NCBI RefSeq assembly: GCF_035285525.1
Contig: NZ_JAYKGW010000155.1
Coordinates: forward strand, 3,225 to 35,224
Length of the DNA stretch: 32,000 nt
Direction of reading: 5' to 3'
Source of the DNA: Okeania sp.
GTDB lineage: Bacteria; Cyanobacteriota; Cyanobacteriia; Cyanobacteriales; Microcoleaceae
Part shown: one piece after another, positions 18,237 through 28,663 of the stretch
Layout: each line of letters starts with the position of its first letter
Numbering within the stretch: the stretch's first letter is position 1
Position numbers and translations under genes: made by a program
Notes under the pieces: generated by a model
Databases searched by the model: none
Told to the model about the DNA's origin: nothing
What the model saw: only the letters and a program-made list of their open reading frames with translations

Positions 18237-18268
18237 GAGATTACTGTATATTTCCGGTTGATAGATCG

Positions 18269-18537
18269 TAATTAGGGTTGGCTGAATAAATCTAAAATTA
18301 TTACTGACCAATAAAAGTTTTAACTTTTTTTAGGCTTTGATTTATCGGGAACCGTAAAAGTACGAGATTTTTTTGCTCATACATAGAGGAACAAAAATTA
18401 GTATTTAGGTAAGACCAAGGCAGAAAAATCAAGGGATAATTGTTCTGATTTATCGGGAACCGTGTATATCCTCTTAACTACTCCCTACTCCCTACTCCCT
18501 AACTTAACAAAAAGACTTTTTCAGCAAACCCTAATTA
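18269..18537 (+). mobile_element. MITE, TAGGGTTTGC-terminus family (ACTCCCT-tract variant), complete copy
   Basis: Left end TAATTAGGGTTGGCTGAATAAATCTAAAATTA and right end AAAAAGACTTTTTCAGCAAACCCTAATTA are inverted. It contains (ACTCCCT)x3. Confidence 0.8.
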
Positions 18538-18644
18538 TATATAAATTTTATAGGATAGTTAATAAATACCTTATTTGGCTTCATATTATCTGCCTAATTA
18601 TGACTTTTCAACCGGAAATTTTTGTCATATTCTTTAACCCAATC

Positions 18645-19400
18645 CTAATTTGGTTTTACCCAATTAGCTGTTTCTAGATTATTCGCACTAGCTCCATTAT
18701 TAGGTAACTCTAAACAGTAACCAGCACCGTATACTGTTTTAATAAATCGAGGATGACGAGGATCTGGTTCCATCTTCGTTCTCAAATGTCTAATATGGAC
18801 TCGAATCGTCTCAATATCATCATCTGGATCATAACCCCAAACTTCCTTGAGAATTTCACTAGGAGATACTGTTTGGCCATGACGTTGCAATAAACAGTGG
18901 AGTAACTCAAATTCTAAATGAGTTAGTTTAACTGTTTGATCAAACCAAATAGCCTCAAACCTTTCTGGAACTAAAGTCAGAGGGCCATAACTGAGTATTT
19001 CGCTATGTTTAGCTGCTTGAGGAATTCGATCTGTCCGTCGCAGTAAGGCACGCACTCTTGCTAATAATTCTTCAACTTCAAAAGGTTTTGTTAAATAATC
19101 ATCTGCTCCAGAATTGAAGCCTTCTACTTTATCTTGGGTTTGACCCAAAGCAGTTAACATCAATATAGGAATATCTGCTGTCCGTTCATCACGACGCAGA
19201 CGTTGACATACCGTAAACCCATCTACTTTTGGTAGCATTAAATCTAATACTATCATGTCTGGTAATAGTTGCAAAGCTAGGGCTTGCCCTTTTATACCAT
19301 CCTCTGCTTGACTAACTTCATAGCCAGCCATTTCTAGGTTTACGGCAACGAGTTCTGCGATCGCAGGATCATCATCAATGACGAGTATTCTAGGCATCAT
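18645..19400 (-). CDS. rpaA: OmpR-family response regulator RpaA (circadian/global output regulator)
   Basis: The protein matches remembered Synechococcus RpaA over almost its full length: [127 protein letters not shown]...[68 protein letters not shown]. Confidence 0.9.
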   Translation of the reverse strand: MMPRILVIDDDPAIAELVAVNLEMAGYEVSQAEDGIKGQALALQLLPDMIVLDLMLPKVDGFTVCQRLRRDERTADIPILMLTALGQTQDKVEGFNSGADDYLTKPFEVEELLARVRALLRRTDRIPQAAKHSEILSYGPLTLVPERFEAIWFDQTVKLTHLEFELLHCLLQRHGQTVSPSEILKEVWGYDPDDDIETIRVHIRHLRTKMEPDPRHPRFIKTVYGAGYCLELPNNGASANNLETANWVKPN

Positions 19401-19806
19401 TTGTTACATCTAACCTACGATTTTTTTCTTATTGTAATGTTTAATTAAGATTTTTAAGTTTTTTCTATATTTTTTTCATTAAATCTTAATTCTTTTTGAT
19501 CAACATCATTTTTCTTTAAAAGTTTTATAATTGCGCCATTGTTCCTTAACACAAATTTATTTTATTGTCAAGGCACTAAATGATACTGAATTGATACTGT
19601 GTAAGAATCTTGCATACAACACTTTTAACTACTCCCTAGAACCAAAGAACTTTGTACCTCAGACTTTTCAGGAATTGCCGTAGAAAATATTGTACTATTA
19701 GACATCTGCAAAAATTACAAATATAATCAATTATTATCCAGAAATCATCAATTACTTCCCCTTGTTCCCAGTTAAGTGTTAAGTTTTCCCTCTTTTCTGG
19801 AGATGT

Positions 19807-20535
19807 CTATTTGGAAATTATTGGTAAAAATCGAGCTTGCTCCTTTAAATATTTCCATGAAATTAATTCTGGGTCTTTTTGACTACTCCATTCACTAAAA
19901 TCAGGTTTTGTTTTCCGCTTACTAATAGTGCTACTATGAACCTTTAGCCGTGCTGCCAACTCTTTCTGAGTCAAAGAAACTACTTTATCTATATCCTCAG
20001 AATAATTATTTTCTGGGGTAAATTTAAAACCGCCATTTATCTGAGAATCCTGGGATGGAGTCCAAGAAGTTGATACTTCTTCTAAAACCGACTCTCCATT
20101 GTACCCTAAAATTTCATCTACAGGTACTTCAATTATATCTTTTTGAGCAGCCACTAGAGATACAGCAGTCGGAAAATAGTACAATAAACCACCTTGCTCT
20201 GTAATTTCTAACTCAGCACCAAACTCTTTGGCTCTTTCATCAAGAAACTTTTGGACAACTTTCCCTGACAGTTTAGAGTTGATGGCTAAATCTAAAGCTG
20301 TAATATGTCCCTTATTCTCCCGGATTAACTTATAGAATAGAGTATTTAAACTGTTTTGTTGGTGTTTTTTTTGTTCTTGATAACGTCGAAAAGTCCACAA
20401 CACTCCAAAACCAATAATGATAATTGCCAACAAGCGCCAGGGTAAACTGAGCATTAGTAACCCTAACCCAATACAAATCATAATGGGAGAGTTATAGATA
20501 GGATTTTTGTCAAGGTTTTTGGGTATTTTGGACAT
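19807..20535 (-). CDS. Membrane-anchored hypothetical protein with a C-terminal helix-turn-helix-like segment
   Basis: 242 aa. Two N-terminal hydrophobic helices (IMICIGLGLLMLSL, LLAIIIIGFGVLWTF), a middle segment that looks winged-helix-like (ITALDLAINSKLSGKVVQKFLDERAKEFGAELEITEQGGLLYYF), and a C-terminal HTH-like SLTQKELAARLKVHSSTISKRK. Confidence 0.6.
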   Translation of the reverse strand: MSKIPKNLDKNPIYNSPIMICIGLGLLMLSLPWRLLAIIIIGFGVLWTFRRYQEQKKHQQNSLNTLFYKLIRENKGHITALDLAINSKLSGKVVQKFLDERAKEFGAELEITEQGGLLYYFPTAVSLVAAQKDIIEVPVDEILGYNGESVLEEVSTSWTPSQDSQINGGFKFTPENNYSEDIDKVVSLTQKELAARLKVHSSTISKRKTKPDFSEWSSQKDPELISWKYLKEQARFLPIISK

Positions 20536-20608
20536 AATTAGTGTTTTTGAGCCAGATTTTCTGCTTCTAAGGCGTACCTCCTAAATTTATTTAATACAAT
20601 TTTAAAAT

Positions 20609-21073
20609 ATGTTTCGTAAACTAACAATTATTAGTGGCGTTATTATAGTTTGTTTATCAATCGCTGGTTGTGGCGGTAGTAAGGTTTTTCAGTGTAGTCA
20701 ATTAGTTTCTATTGTTAACAAAGGTAATACTCTTGTCAATGCTCAAACTTCTTATGATGCGACGACAACTAATGAACTTGGAGAAGAGTTAGAAGAAATT
20801 GCTCAGGAGTTAGAAAATTTAAAACTGAAGGATGAAAATTTGCAACAGTTTCAGCAGGAATTTTTTGAAAGTTTTAGAGAACTTTCTCAAGAGTTTGTTA
20901 ATATGAGTTTAGGTCTTAAAACTAGCAGAAAAATAGAAGCTTCATTAGAAGGTAGCAAAAAATTTAATCAGGCTAAAGATCAAGTTACTCAAGCTGGGGA
21001 ACAGGCAAATAAATTGGCGAATAATCAAGATATTTTACTAGAAGAGCTTATTAGTTACTGTCAAAATAATTAG
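20609..21073 (+). CDS. Putative lipoprotein, helical/coiled (hypothetical)
   Basis: Signal peptide with lipobox MFRKLTIISGVIIVCLSIAG/C. The rest is E/Q/L-rich. Confidence 0.6.
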   Translation: MFRKLTIISGVIIVCLSIAGCGGSKVFQCSQLVSIVNKGNTLVNAQTSYDATTTNELGEELEEIAQELENLKLKDENLQQFQQEFFESFRELSQEFVNMSLGLKTSRKIEASLEGSKKFNQAKDQVTQAGEQANKLANNQDILLEELISYCQNN

Positions 21074-21300
21074 GGTTTAATCAATAATGAATCATTGCTC
21101 ATTAGGGTTTCCTGATTCAATCTCAAAGCATTTACACTTTAGACCAACACAGCTCAAATAGTGCATTAGGTAATCAAGGTTCCTAGGGACGGGATGGATA
21201 ATTAACAATTAATAATTACTTCTTGTTAAAACCGAGATATATTAAGCAAGTACATAAACCTTATTTCATTATCAATTGTCAATTATCCATTATTAATTAT

Positions 21301-21786
21301 TCATTGTATTTCTAGCTCTAGCACATAATGTCCCATGGGTAACTGTTGAGACCAGAGTTCATATTCTAGGCGCAGATAATTGGGAATTGGCGTTCCCTTA
21401 ACTACTAAATTACGGGTAAAATTACGCAGTCGTAATTGATAATGTAAATTTAATGAATCATCTTGAAGCCAATAACGACAGATACCATAAACCCCTCTTT
21501 CCCAAAGATGGCGGTAACAATATTTCCCACTTCCTTGCATTGTCAGAATGATTCTAGAAGGAGAAACTTCTAGCCATAAAAGTCTGGGTTTGGGAATATT
21601 TGGTAATATAGATAATTCATTACTAGATGATACTGCTCTCTCAATAATTGCAGGTTCATGCAATAATATGTGGAACTGGTCTCGATCTTTATGATAGAGA
21701 GTAGCTGCAGTTTCAACTAGAGACCAAATAGGTAAGTCTGTTGATATTAATGACAAACTTACAGGTTTGCGTTGATAAGTTAGCAT
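21301..21786 (-). CDS. Hypothetical protein (161 aa), family not recognised
   Basis: Clean ATG-to-stop ORF with balanced, globular-looking composition (W/Y/R-rich beta-like C-terminal half). Confidence 0.55.
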   Translation of the reverse strand: MLTYQRKPVSLSLISTDLPIWSLVETAATLYHKDRDQFHILLHEPAIIERAVSSSNELSILPNIPKPRLLWLEVSPSRIILTMQGSGKYCYRHLWERGVYGICRYWLQDDSLNLHYQLRLRNFTRNLVVKGTPIPNYLRLEYELWSQQLPMGHYVLELEIQ

Positions 21787-22446
21787 ATATTTTTTCTAAT
21801 TGTGATTGTTGATTTAATAGCTATTTTGAAGAAGGAAGAAGGAAGAAGAAAAGTAGATACACTGCCTTTCATTTTTATGAGGTACAACTGTAGCGGGCGT
21901 ATCGATCAGACCCCACTACAATAATTTTATCATTCACGCGCTGGGCAGCATTCCGCAGGAAAGGAAACGATATTGGATTTAATAGTTATTATTTTCTTGA
22001 CTGAAAAATAAGGTATCAAGTTTCTTCTTTTCAGATGATAAAGAAAGAAAATGAATGGGTTTATCTAACATTTTGAAGAAAGCCAAAAAAACAGGAAATA
22101 GAAAAAAGTATTTTGGCAAATATGAGTAAGATGCACCCAATTATTAATTATTCAATTCTTCTCCACATATTATTATTATTATTATTCAAAAGCTTAAGAG
22201 AATGTATAAAACTTCCTGATAAATTTTCATAAATTATTTTTATCCTATCACATCAGAAATATTTGCGGAGAAGAAATAGTTATTTACCAAACAATCTTAA
22301 AATTATCTATAGTTTATCCTGTATAGTAGTTAAATTGAATTATTATTCTAAGTTTAATTGCATTTTTTTTGCTTTTGTTCCAAATTTTTAACTTAGGATA
22401 GTAATCCTAGTAATATTATTCCTGTGTAAAATTTATAGTTACTTTT

Positions 22447-23793
22447 ATGATAGCTGCCGTAGTTAGTACAGAAATTACAAATAGTCAGGAAACTTTAATA
22501 ATTCAGAGACCAAAATCAGGTCTATCTCTTCAAGGTAATATCTCAATTCCTGGAGATAAATCAATTTCTCACCGCGCTCTAATGTTAGGAGCGATCGCTG
22601 AAGGACAAACTAATATTCAAGGTTTACTTCTCGGAGAAGATCCCCGTAGCACTGCTAAATGTTTTTCTCTTCTGGGAGCTAATATTTCTCAGCTCAATAC
22701 AAAATTAGTAGAAGTTCATGGTGTAGGTATAGGCAATCTTAGGGAACCATCTAGTATTTTAGACTGTGGTAATTCTGGTACGACAATGCGACTAATGTTG
22801 GGCATTTTGGCATCCCATCCAGAACATTACTTTACAGTTACAGGGGATAATTCTTTAGTTAATCGTCCAATGTCCCGGGTTATTAAACCACTTACAGAAA
22901 TGGGCGGTCAAATTTGGGGTAGAAAAGGGAATACTTTGGCACCTTTAGCAGTTCAGGGACAAAAGTTAGGACCAATTCATTATCATTCTCCTATAGCTTC
23001 CGCTCAAGTAAAATCTTGTATTTTGTTTGCTGGTTTAATGGTAGAGGGGAAAACTACAGTAACTGAACCTGGTCTATCACGAGACCACAGCGAAAGAATG
23101 TTAAAAGCTTTTGGAGCAGAAGTTCAAGTTGATCCAGAAACAAATAGTGTGACAGTGACAGGTCCAGCTCAACTTCAAGGCCAAAATGTGGTTGTACCTG
23201 GTGATATTAGCTCCGCAGCTTTTTGGTTAGTTGCAGCAGCTATTGTACCTGGGTCAGAATTAATAATTGAAAATGTGGGTGTTAATCCTACCCGTACAGG
23301 TATCTTGGAAGTCTTGGAAATGATGGAGGCTAATATTATACAAGAAAATCAACGAATTGTGGCGGGAGAACCTGTAGCAGATTTACGGGTAGGTTATAGT
23401 TCATTGAAAGCTTGTGAAATTTCTGGTTCTATAATTCCCAGATTAATTGATGAAATTCCAATTTTGGCCGTAGCTGCTATGTTTGCTGAGGGGACAACTG
23501 TGATTCGGGATGCTGCGGAATTAAGGGTCAAAGAAAGCGATCGCTTGGCAGTTATGGCCACCCAGCTCCAAAAGCTGGGGGCCAAAGTGACAGAATTACC
23601 TGATGGTTTGGAAATTACTGGTGGTGTTTCGATAACTGGTACAGATGTTGAAAGTGATGGGGATCATCGAGTAGCTATGAGTTTAGCGATCGCTGCACTG
23701 AATGCTACTGGCACTACTAACATTCATCAAGCTGAAGCTGCTAGTATTTCTTACCCCAACTTTACGCAGACTCTGCGACAAATCTGTACTTAA
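22447..23793 (+). CDS. aroA: 3-phosphoshikimate 1-carboxyvinyltransferase (EPSP synthase)
   Basis: 448 aa with [65 protein letters not shown] and [13 protein letters not shown]. Confidence 0.95.
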   Translation: MIAAVVSTEITNSQETLIIQRPKSGLSLQGNISIPGDKSISHRALMLGAIAEGQTNIQGLLLGEDPRSTAKCFSLLGANISQLNTKLVEVHGVGIGNLREPSSILDCGNSGTTMRLMLGILASHPEHYFTVTGDNSLVNRPMSRVIKPLTEMGGQIWGRKGNTLAPLAVQGQKLGPIHYHSPIASAQVKSCILFAGLMVEGKTTVTEPGLSRDHSERMLKAFGAEVQVDPETNSVTVTGPAQLQGQNVVVPGDISSAAFWLVAAAIVPGSELIIENVGVNPTRTGILEVLEMMEANIIQENQRIVAGEPVADLRVGYSSLKACEISGSIIPRLIDEIPILAVAAMFAEGTTVIRDAAELRVKESDRLAVMATQLQKLGAKVTELPDGLEITGGVSITGTDVESDGDHRVAMSLAIAALNATGTTNIHQAEAASISYPNFTQTLRQICT

Positions 23794-23885
23794 AACAACT
23801 TATGTTAAATATTGCCTAAATTTTAGGCATCGTGAGTTATCAGAAATTAATTAATGCTTATTTATTAAAATCTGCTCAAGTATGG

Positions 23886-24308
23886 TTAACTATCAGATGA
23901 CTTATCACCTATTAGTTGATCTTTCCAAGCTTGAATTTCTTTTGATAACTCCTGGCGATTAGAAGCAAGAAGTAGATACCGATAAACAAACCAACCAGAA
24001 TAGATAATACCAATTAACTCAAAGGTTGGAGCTAGTAGTGGAATATCATTTAATGATTCAACTACTGCGAACATTACCTTGAAAATAATAATTGCTCCTA
24101 GAATTATACCCAGAGTAATGATTGGCTTTTGATATTTTCCAAAAAAGCCAGCAATAATTATTGGTAGTTCTGATAAGATTTCCAAGAATTGGTTTTTGAT
24201 ATCTTGAAATTGATCAGATTTTTCTTCAGAACTCTCTACTGTAACTAGAGAACTTGTCTCTGTAGAACTTACTCCTAATTTCTGTGTAGTATCTTCTTTC
24301 TCTTGCAT
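23886..24308 (-). CDS. CAAD-domain thylakoid membrane protein (CurT/CURT1-like)
   Basis: Acidic N-terminus, two closely spaced TM helices (PIITLGIILGAIIIFKVMFAVV, ELIGIIYSGWFVYRYLL) and a C-terminal amphipathic helix NRQELSKEIQAWKDQL. This is the typical CAAD/CurT architecture. Confidence 0.75.
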   Translation of the reverse strand: MQEKEDTTQKLGVSSTETSSLVTVESSEEKSDQFQDIKNQFLEILSELPIIIAGFFGKYQKPIITLGIILGAIIIFKVMFAVVESLNDIPLLAPTFELIGIIYSGWFVYRYLLLASNRQELSKEIQAWKDQLIGDKSSDS

Positions 24309-24672
24309 GAGAATCTCCTTTACTTAACTTAACAAATTAACTACGACAAACATCGAAGTTGTATAGGTTAGTAGTCCATTTTATAGGACATGGCCTACTT
24401 TACTGGGAAGTAATCTTGAGACTTACACCTAAAGCAGGAAAACCTAATATTGTTAAGAATAATCTATAGACTTGATATATGAATATTGATTTAATTATTG
24501 CTACAAATCTTAAAATATTAACTTCAAGTAGAAAAGAGGGAGTAGGAAGTAGACGGATATGAATTATAAGTTTTTCTTGATAAACCACATTTTTAAGGAG
24601 TAAGGGAGTAGGGGAGATAGATAAAGCTTCAAAGCTTTTTTGGGTCACAAAAAGTATCAAAAAATTACCAAC

Positions 24673-24770
24673 AAGACTTACGCAAAGGTACTATATATAT
24701 AAAATATATAGTCAAAAAACTATTGTGCCATAGTTTTAAGCACTATATCTAGGGTTGCTGGGTAAGTCCT
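24673..24770. repeat. Hairpin-ended small dispersed element (class c)
   Basis: AAGACTTACGCAAAGGTACTATATATATAAAATATATAGTCAAAAAACTATTGTGCCATAGTTTTAAGCACTATATCTAGGGTTGCTGGGTAAGTCCT. Confidence 0.8.
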
Positions 24771-24824
24771 GACCAAGTTAATCTTTAAAACTCTGGATTT
24801 TTCCTCACAAAACTTAGAAAAATC

Positions 24825-24981
24825 AGGACTTACGCAAAGGCACTACATAAGGGGTATTAGTGCGTTGTGCGTTGCGCGCTTTTCATGTCGCGTAGCGTTT
24901 CGGCGCTTGAGCCGACATATAAAGCGGAGCTTTGCGGAACGCAAAACGCACCCTACCAATAGCGTTCATGGCTCTAGTCCT
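24825..24981. repeat. Hairpin-ended small dispersed element (expanded class a)
   Basis: AGGACTTACGCAAAGGCACTACATAAGGGGTATTAGTGCGTTGTGCGTTGCGCGC...AACGCACCCTACCAATAGCGTTCATGGCTCTAGTCCT. Confidence 0.8.
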
Positions 24982-25012
24982 GAAAATGTAGAAAAATTAA
25001 CGCCTGTAACTA

Positions 25013-25540
25013 TTACCCTCTGATAATAAAATCATCAGCTGCAGGCAGTGCTTTATTGCTCAAAGTTGCAAACTGACCACCATCACCAAAACCACTGGCA
25101 CTACCATTATAATTGTAGAATAAAGCACCATTATTAACGTTGTCAACAATTACAGCATCAGAAGTTGCAGCACCTGCTGTAACAGTAGCAAAATCTACAA
25201 TATCTGTAAATGTAGTTAGAACCAAGATAATTTTATCTTGACGAACAAAAAAATCAGTAATTACATCTACTATCATTAGAATCAAATGGTTGGTTGGTAG
25301 CAAAGATGAAACGGTCAATACTCGCTCCACCAGTTAGGTGTCATCTCCCGAACCAGCATTTAGGCGATCATTGCCTTCCCCACCAAAGATATGGTAAAAC
25401 CCAAGACGACCATCTAAAAAATCATTGCCATTTTTTCCATAGAGAGAGTCATTATCCTGACTACCAATAATCGTATCATCACCACCTTGACCAACGAGAG
25501 CATTATCTCCCGCTCAACCAATAATGAGATCGTCTGCACC
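25013..25540 (-). pseudogene. Remnant of an RTX (hemolysin-type Ca-binding repeat) protein: 5'-truncated, one nonsense codon and at least two frameshifts
   Basis: The reverse strand reads GADDLIIG*AGDNALVGQGGDDTIIGSQDNDSLYGKNGNDFLDG...GGEGNDRLNAGSGDDT* (GGxGxD nonapeptides; TGA at complement 25514-25516, TAA at complement 25334-25336). The homology then continues in another frame as LTGGASIDRFIFATNQPFDSND and returns to VDVITDFFVRQDKIILVLTTFTDI...GALFYNYNGSASGFGDGGQFATL...DDFIIRG*. The 5' end is cut by the repeat at 25540. Confidence 0.8.
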
Positions 25541-25838
25541 ATTTAAGGTGTGTCAATCTAGTAGGGTGCGTTACATTTCATTAACGCAGCGCATATCCTG
25601 TATATTTAGGTGGGTTGGGTTTATAGACGATGGCTGTATTTCGGTGCGTTACGGAAGTGCGGCTAACGCACCCTACTGGACTGACACACCTACAAATGTG
25701 CATTAGGGAGTAGGGGAGTAGGGAAGTAGGAAAGTAGGGGAGTGGAGGAGTAGGGGAGAGAGATTATTGTTGGGTTTCGGGTTCCTTAACCCAAAAATAA
25801 TCTATTGCATCATTTAAGGTGTGTCAGTCTACTACTAG
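25540..25838. repeat. Composite repeat: ~160-bp inverted-repeat element, GGGGAGTA-type array, GGGTT hairpin and CATTTAAGGTGTGTCAGTCTACTACTAG module
   Basis: CATTTAAGGTGTGTCAATCTAGTAGGGTGCGTTAC (25540-25574) pairs with TAACGCACCCTACTGGACTGACACACCTACAAATG (ending 25698), about 30 of 34 positions. Then come GGGAGTAGGGGAGTAGGGAAGTAGGAAAGTAGGGGAGTGGAGGAGTAGGGGAG, TTGTTGGGTTTCGGGTTCCTTAACCCAA, and a second CATTTAAGGTGTGTCAGTCT module. Confidence 0.75.
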
Positions 25839-26048
25839 ATAAAATCAATAGTAGGGGAGGGTTTTAGCTAGAATTTTAATGCTTACTCTCAGACTTACAT
25901 AAACCCGCCCTCATGCACAAAATTAGTTACGGTAGTTTACTAAAATTTTTGCTATTTTTTTGTACAAAGTTTGACATAATTAGCATCTGCTGAATAAATA
26001 TAGCTGAATAAATATAAAAGTATTCAGAGATAAAGATTTCAGTATTTT

Positions 26049-26263
26049 TATGGTCAGAAAAAGTGCAAGTTTTTAGGTGGCTAAGGTTCAAAACCTGAGC
26101 ATTTTAGATTCACACTTGAGGTGAAAAATTAAGAGACAATTCTTACTTATAGGTAATCTATAACTTTCATTCCTCCTAAATTCTTCTCCTGGGATGGGTT
26201 AGGGGTGGGTTTACTCCCTACTCCCTACCTTAACAAAAATACTTTTTCAGCAAACCCTAATTA
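26049..26263 (+). mobile_element. Partial MITE (right end only) immediately upstream of purL
   Basis: It ends ...ACTCCCTACTCCCTACCTTAACAAAAATACTTTTTCAGCAAACCCTAATTA, identical in layout to the right end of 18269-18537. I found no matching left terminus, and the left boundary is approximate. Confidence 0.5.
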
Positions 26264-26314
26264 ATGAGATAATAAAACAGCCAAAAAATTAACTCAATTT
26301 TCCAGTTATAAATT

Positions 26315-28642
26315 ATGTCACAAACTCCCTTTTCTCCAGAAGAAATAGCATCCGAAGGTATCAAAGCCGAAGAATATCAAGAAATTATCAACCGTCTTGG
26401 TCGCCACCCGAATAAAGCAGAACTAGGAATGTTCGGGGTCATGTGGTCTGAACACTGCTGCTACAAAAACTCCCGCCCTCTCCTCAAACAATTTCCAACC
26501 ACCGGGAAACGCATCCTTGTCGGACCGGGAGAAAACGCTGGAGTGGTAGACTTAGACAACGGACTCCAACTCGCTTTCAAAATTGAATCCCACAACCACC
26601 CATCCGCTGTTGAACCATTCCAAGGTGCTGCCACTGGAGTCGGGGGTATTCTCCGAGATATTTTCACAATGGGTGCGCGTCCTATCGCCGTACTCAATTC
26701 TCTCCGTTTCGGTTCCCTAGAAGATGCCAAAACTAAACACCTATTTACTGGAGTCATTTCTGGTATTTCTCACTACGGGAACTGTTTCGGTGTACCTACC
26801 GTCGGTGGAGAAATTTATTTTGATCGCGCTTACGCAGGCAACCCCCTAGTCAATGTGATGGCATTGGGATTAATGGAAACACCCGAAATTGTAAAATCTG
26901 GTGCATCCGGTATTGGCAACCCAGTTTTATACGTCGGTTCCACCACAGGTAGAGACGGTATGGGAGGAGCAAGTTTCGCCAGTGCCGAACTCAGCGAACA
27001 GTCAATAGATGATCGCCCCGCCGTCCAGGTAGGCGATCCATTTTTAGAAAAATGTTTAGTGGAAGCTTGTTTGGAAGCATTCAAAACTGGAGCAGTAGTA
27101 GCAGCACAAGATATGGGAGCTGCTGGTATCACCTGTTCCACTTCAGAAATGGCAGCAAACGGAGGTGTTGGTATTGAATTTGACTTGGATAAAGTACCAG
27201 TCCGAGAAACTGGCATGGTTCCCTACGAATATTTGCTCTCAGAATCTCAGGAACGAATGTTATTTGTTGCTGAAAAAGGTCGCGAACAAGAATTAATTGA
27301 TATTTTTGAACGTTGGGAACTTCATGCAGTGGTAGCAGGTACAGTTATCGAAGCACCTATTGTGCGCATTTTCTTCCAGGGAAAAATTGCTGCCGAAATA
27401 CCTGCTAGTGCTTTGGCAGATAATACTCCTCTTTATCACCGGGAATTATTGACTGAACCGCCAGGATATGCTAAAAAAGCTTGGCAGTGGAATGTGGAAT
27501 CATTGCCATCATGTACGGAACAGGGTATGGAAATTAAGGGAAATTTTCAAACCTGGAATCAGATTTTACTGACTTTATTAGACACTCCAACTATTGCTTC
27601 TAAAAATTGGGTGTATCAGCAATACGACTATCAAGTACAGAATAATACTGTGATGTTGCCTGGTGGTGCTGATGCTGCTGTGATTCGGTTACGTTCCCAA
27701 ATTTATGATTTTAACAACCCAACTACAAATTCCGGTGTTGCTGCCACAGTTGATTGTAATTCCCGTTGGGTTTATCTCGATCCCTACAGGGGTGCAAAAG
27801 CGGTAGTAGCAGAAGCAGCAAGAAATCTCAGTTGTGTGGGTGCTGAACCTGTGGCAGTTACAGATAATCTCAATTTTGGTAGTCCGGAAAAGCCTGTAGG
27901 ATATTGGCAGTTAGCAGAGAGTTGTCGTGGTATTGCTGAAGGTTGTCGGGAGTTGGGAACTCCTGTGACTGGTGGGAATGTATCTTTATATAATGAGACT
28001 TTGGATGCTGACGGTGTTCCCCAGGCAATTTATCCGACTCCAGTGGTGGGAATGGTGGGATTAATTCCTGATATCACTCGTATTTGTGGTCAAGGTTGGC
28101 AAACTGAGGGCGATATTATCTATTTAATTGGAAATTTAATGGGTAGTTCTTTAGCTGCTTCTGAATATTTGGCAACTGTTCATGGTGTGGTTGCTGGAAA
28201 ACCGATGGAAGTAGATTTTGATTTGGAAAAGCGGGTGCAAGGAGTTTGTCGTTATGGTATTCGTGAAGGTTGGTTGCGTTCTGCTCACGATAGTGGTGAG
28301 GGAGGTTTAGCGATCGCTTTGGCGGAATGTTGTATTAGTGGGAAGTTAGGAGCTAAGATTATTTGGGAATTATCTGATGTTTCTGCTTGGCGATGGGATG
28401 AATTTTTATTTGGTGAAGGTGGTTGCCGAATATTGGTTTCTGTTGCGCCAGAAAATCAGATAATCTGGGAATCATATCTTCAGGAAAATTTGGCAGATTT
28501 TTGGCAGAAAATTGGTTTGGTGGAGAATGCTGAAAGTGATTTACAAATTTTAGTTAATGAGAGTTTGTGTTTGATTAATGTAGAAATGGGAGAAATGAGC
28601 GATCGCTTTGAAAATTCTATTGAAAGACGTTTGAATTTTTAG
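26315..28642 (+). CDS. purL: Phosphoribosylformylglycinamidine synthase subunit PurL (FGAM synthase II)
   Basis: 775 aa with [68 protein letters not shown] and AAQDMGAAG. These are the typical small-type PurL motifs. Confidence 0.97.
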   Translation: MSQTPFSPEEIASEGIKAEEYQEIINRLGRHPNKAELGMFGVMWSEHCCYKNSRPLLKQFPTTGKRILVGPGENAGVVDLDNGLQLAFKIESHNHPSAVEPFQGAATGVGGILRDIFTMGARPIAVLNSLRFGSLEDAKTKHLFTGVISGISHYGNCFGVPTVGGEIYFDRAYAGNPLVNVMALGLMETPEIVKSGASGIGNPVLYVGSTTGRDGMGGASFASAELSEQSIDDRPAVQVGDPFLEKCLVEACLEAFKTGAVVAAQDMGAAGITCSTSEMAANGGVGIEFDLDKVPVRETGMVPYEYLLSESQERMLFVAEKGREQELIDIFERWELHAVVAGTVIEAPIVRIFFQGKIAAEIPASALADNTPLYHRELLTEPPGYAKKAWQWNVESLPSCTEQGMEIKGNFQTWNQILLTLLDTPTIASKNWVYQQYDYQVQNNTVMLPGGADAAVIRLRSQIYDFNNPTTNSGVAATVDCNSRWVYLDPYRGAKAVVAEAARNLSCVGAEPVAVTDNLNFGSPEKPVGYWQLAESCRGIAEGCRELGTPVTGGNVSLYNETLDADGVPQAIYPTPVVGMVGLIPDITRICGQGWQTEGDIIYLIGNLMGSSLAASEYLATVHGVVAGKPMEVDFDLEKRVQGVCRYGIREGWLRSAHDSGEGGLAIALAECCISGKLGAKIIWELSDVSAWRWDEFLFGEGGCRILVSVAPENQIIWESYLQENLADFWQKIGLVENAESDLQILVNESLCLINVEMGEMSDRFENSIERRLNF

Positions 28643-28663
28643 CTTGAAGTAGTTAGTTTGTAG

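Noticed and set aside
18462-18677. 71-aa plus-strand ORF
   Set aside because: It starts inside the MITE at 18269-18537 and runs into the 3' end of rpaA on the opposite strand. The peptide is hydrophobic and AT-driven.
23394-23585. 63-aa minus-strand ORF
   Set aside because: It lies antisense inside aroA.
24400-24660. 86-aa minus-strand ORF
   Set aside because: It lies in AT-rich intergenic DNA containing ACTCCCT-type repeat sequence. It has no start context and an Ile/Leu/Phe-rich translation, so it is probably non-coding.
25013-25330. 105-aa ORF taken as an intact small gene
   Set aside because: It is the last frame-intact piece of the RTX pseudogene. RTX homology continues upstream in other frames and through stop codons.
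25524-25706. 60-aa plus-strand ORF
   Set aside because: It lies within the inverted-repeat element 25540-25698.
26461-27216. Minus-strand ORFs 26461..26757 and 26830..27216
   Set aside because: Both lie antisense inside purL and have Pro/Ser/Thr/Ala-rich shadow-frame composition.
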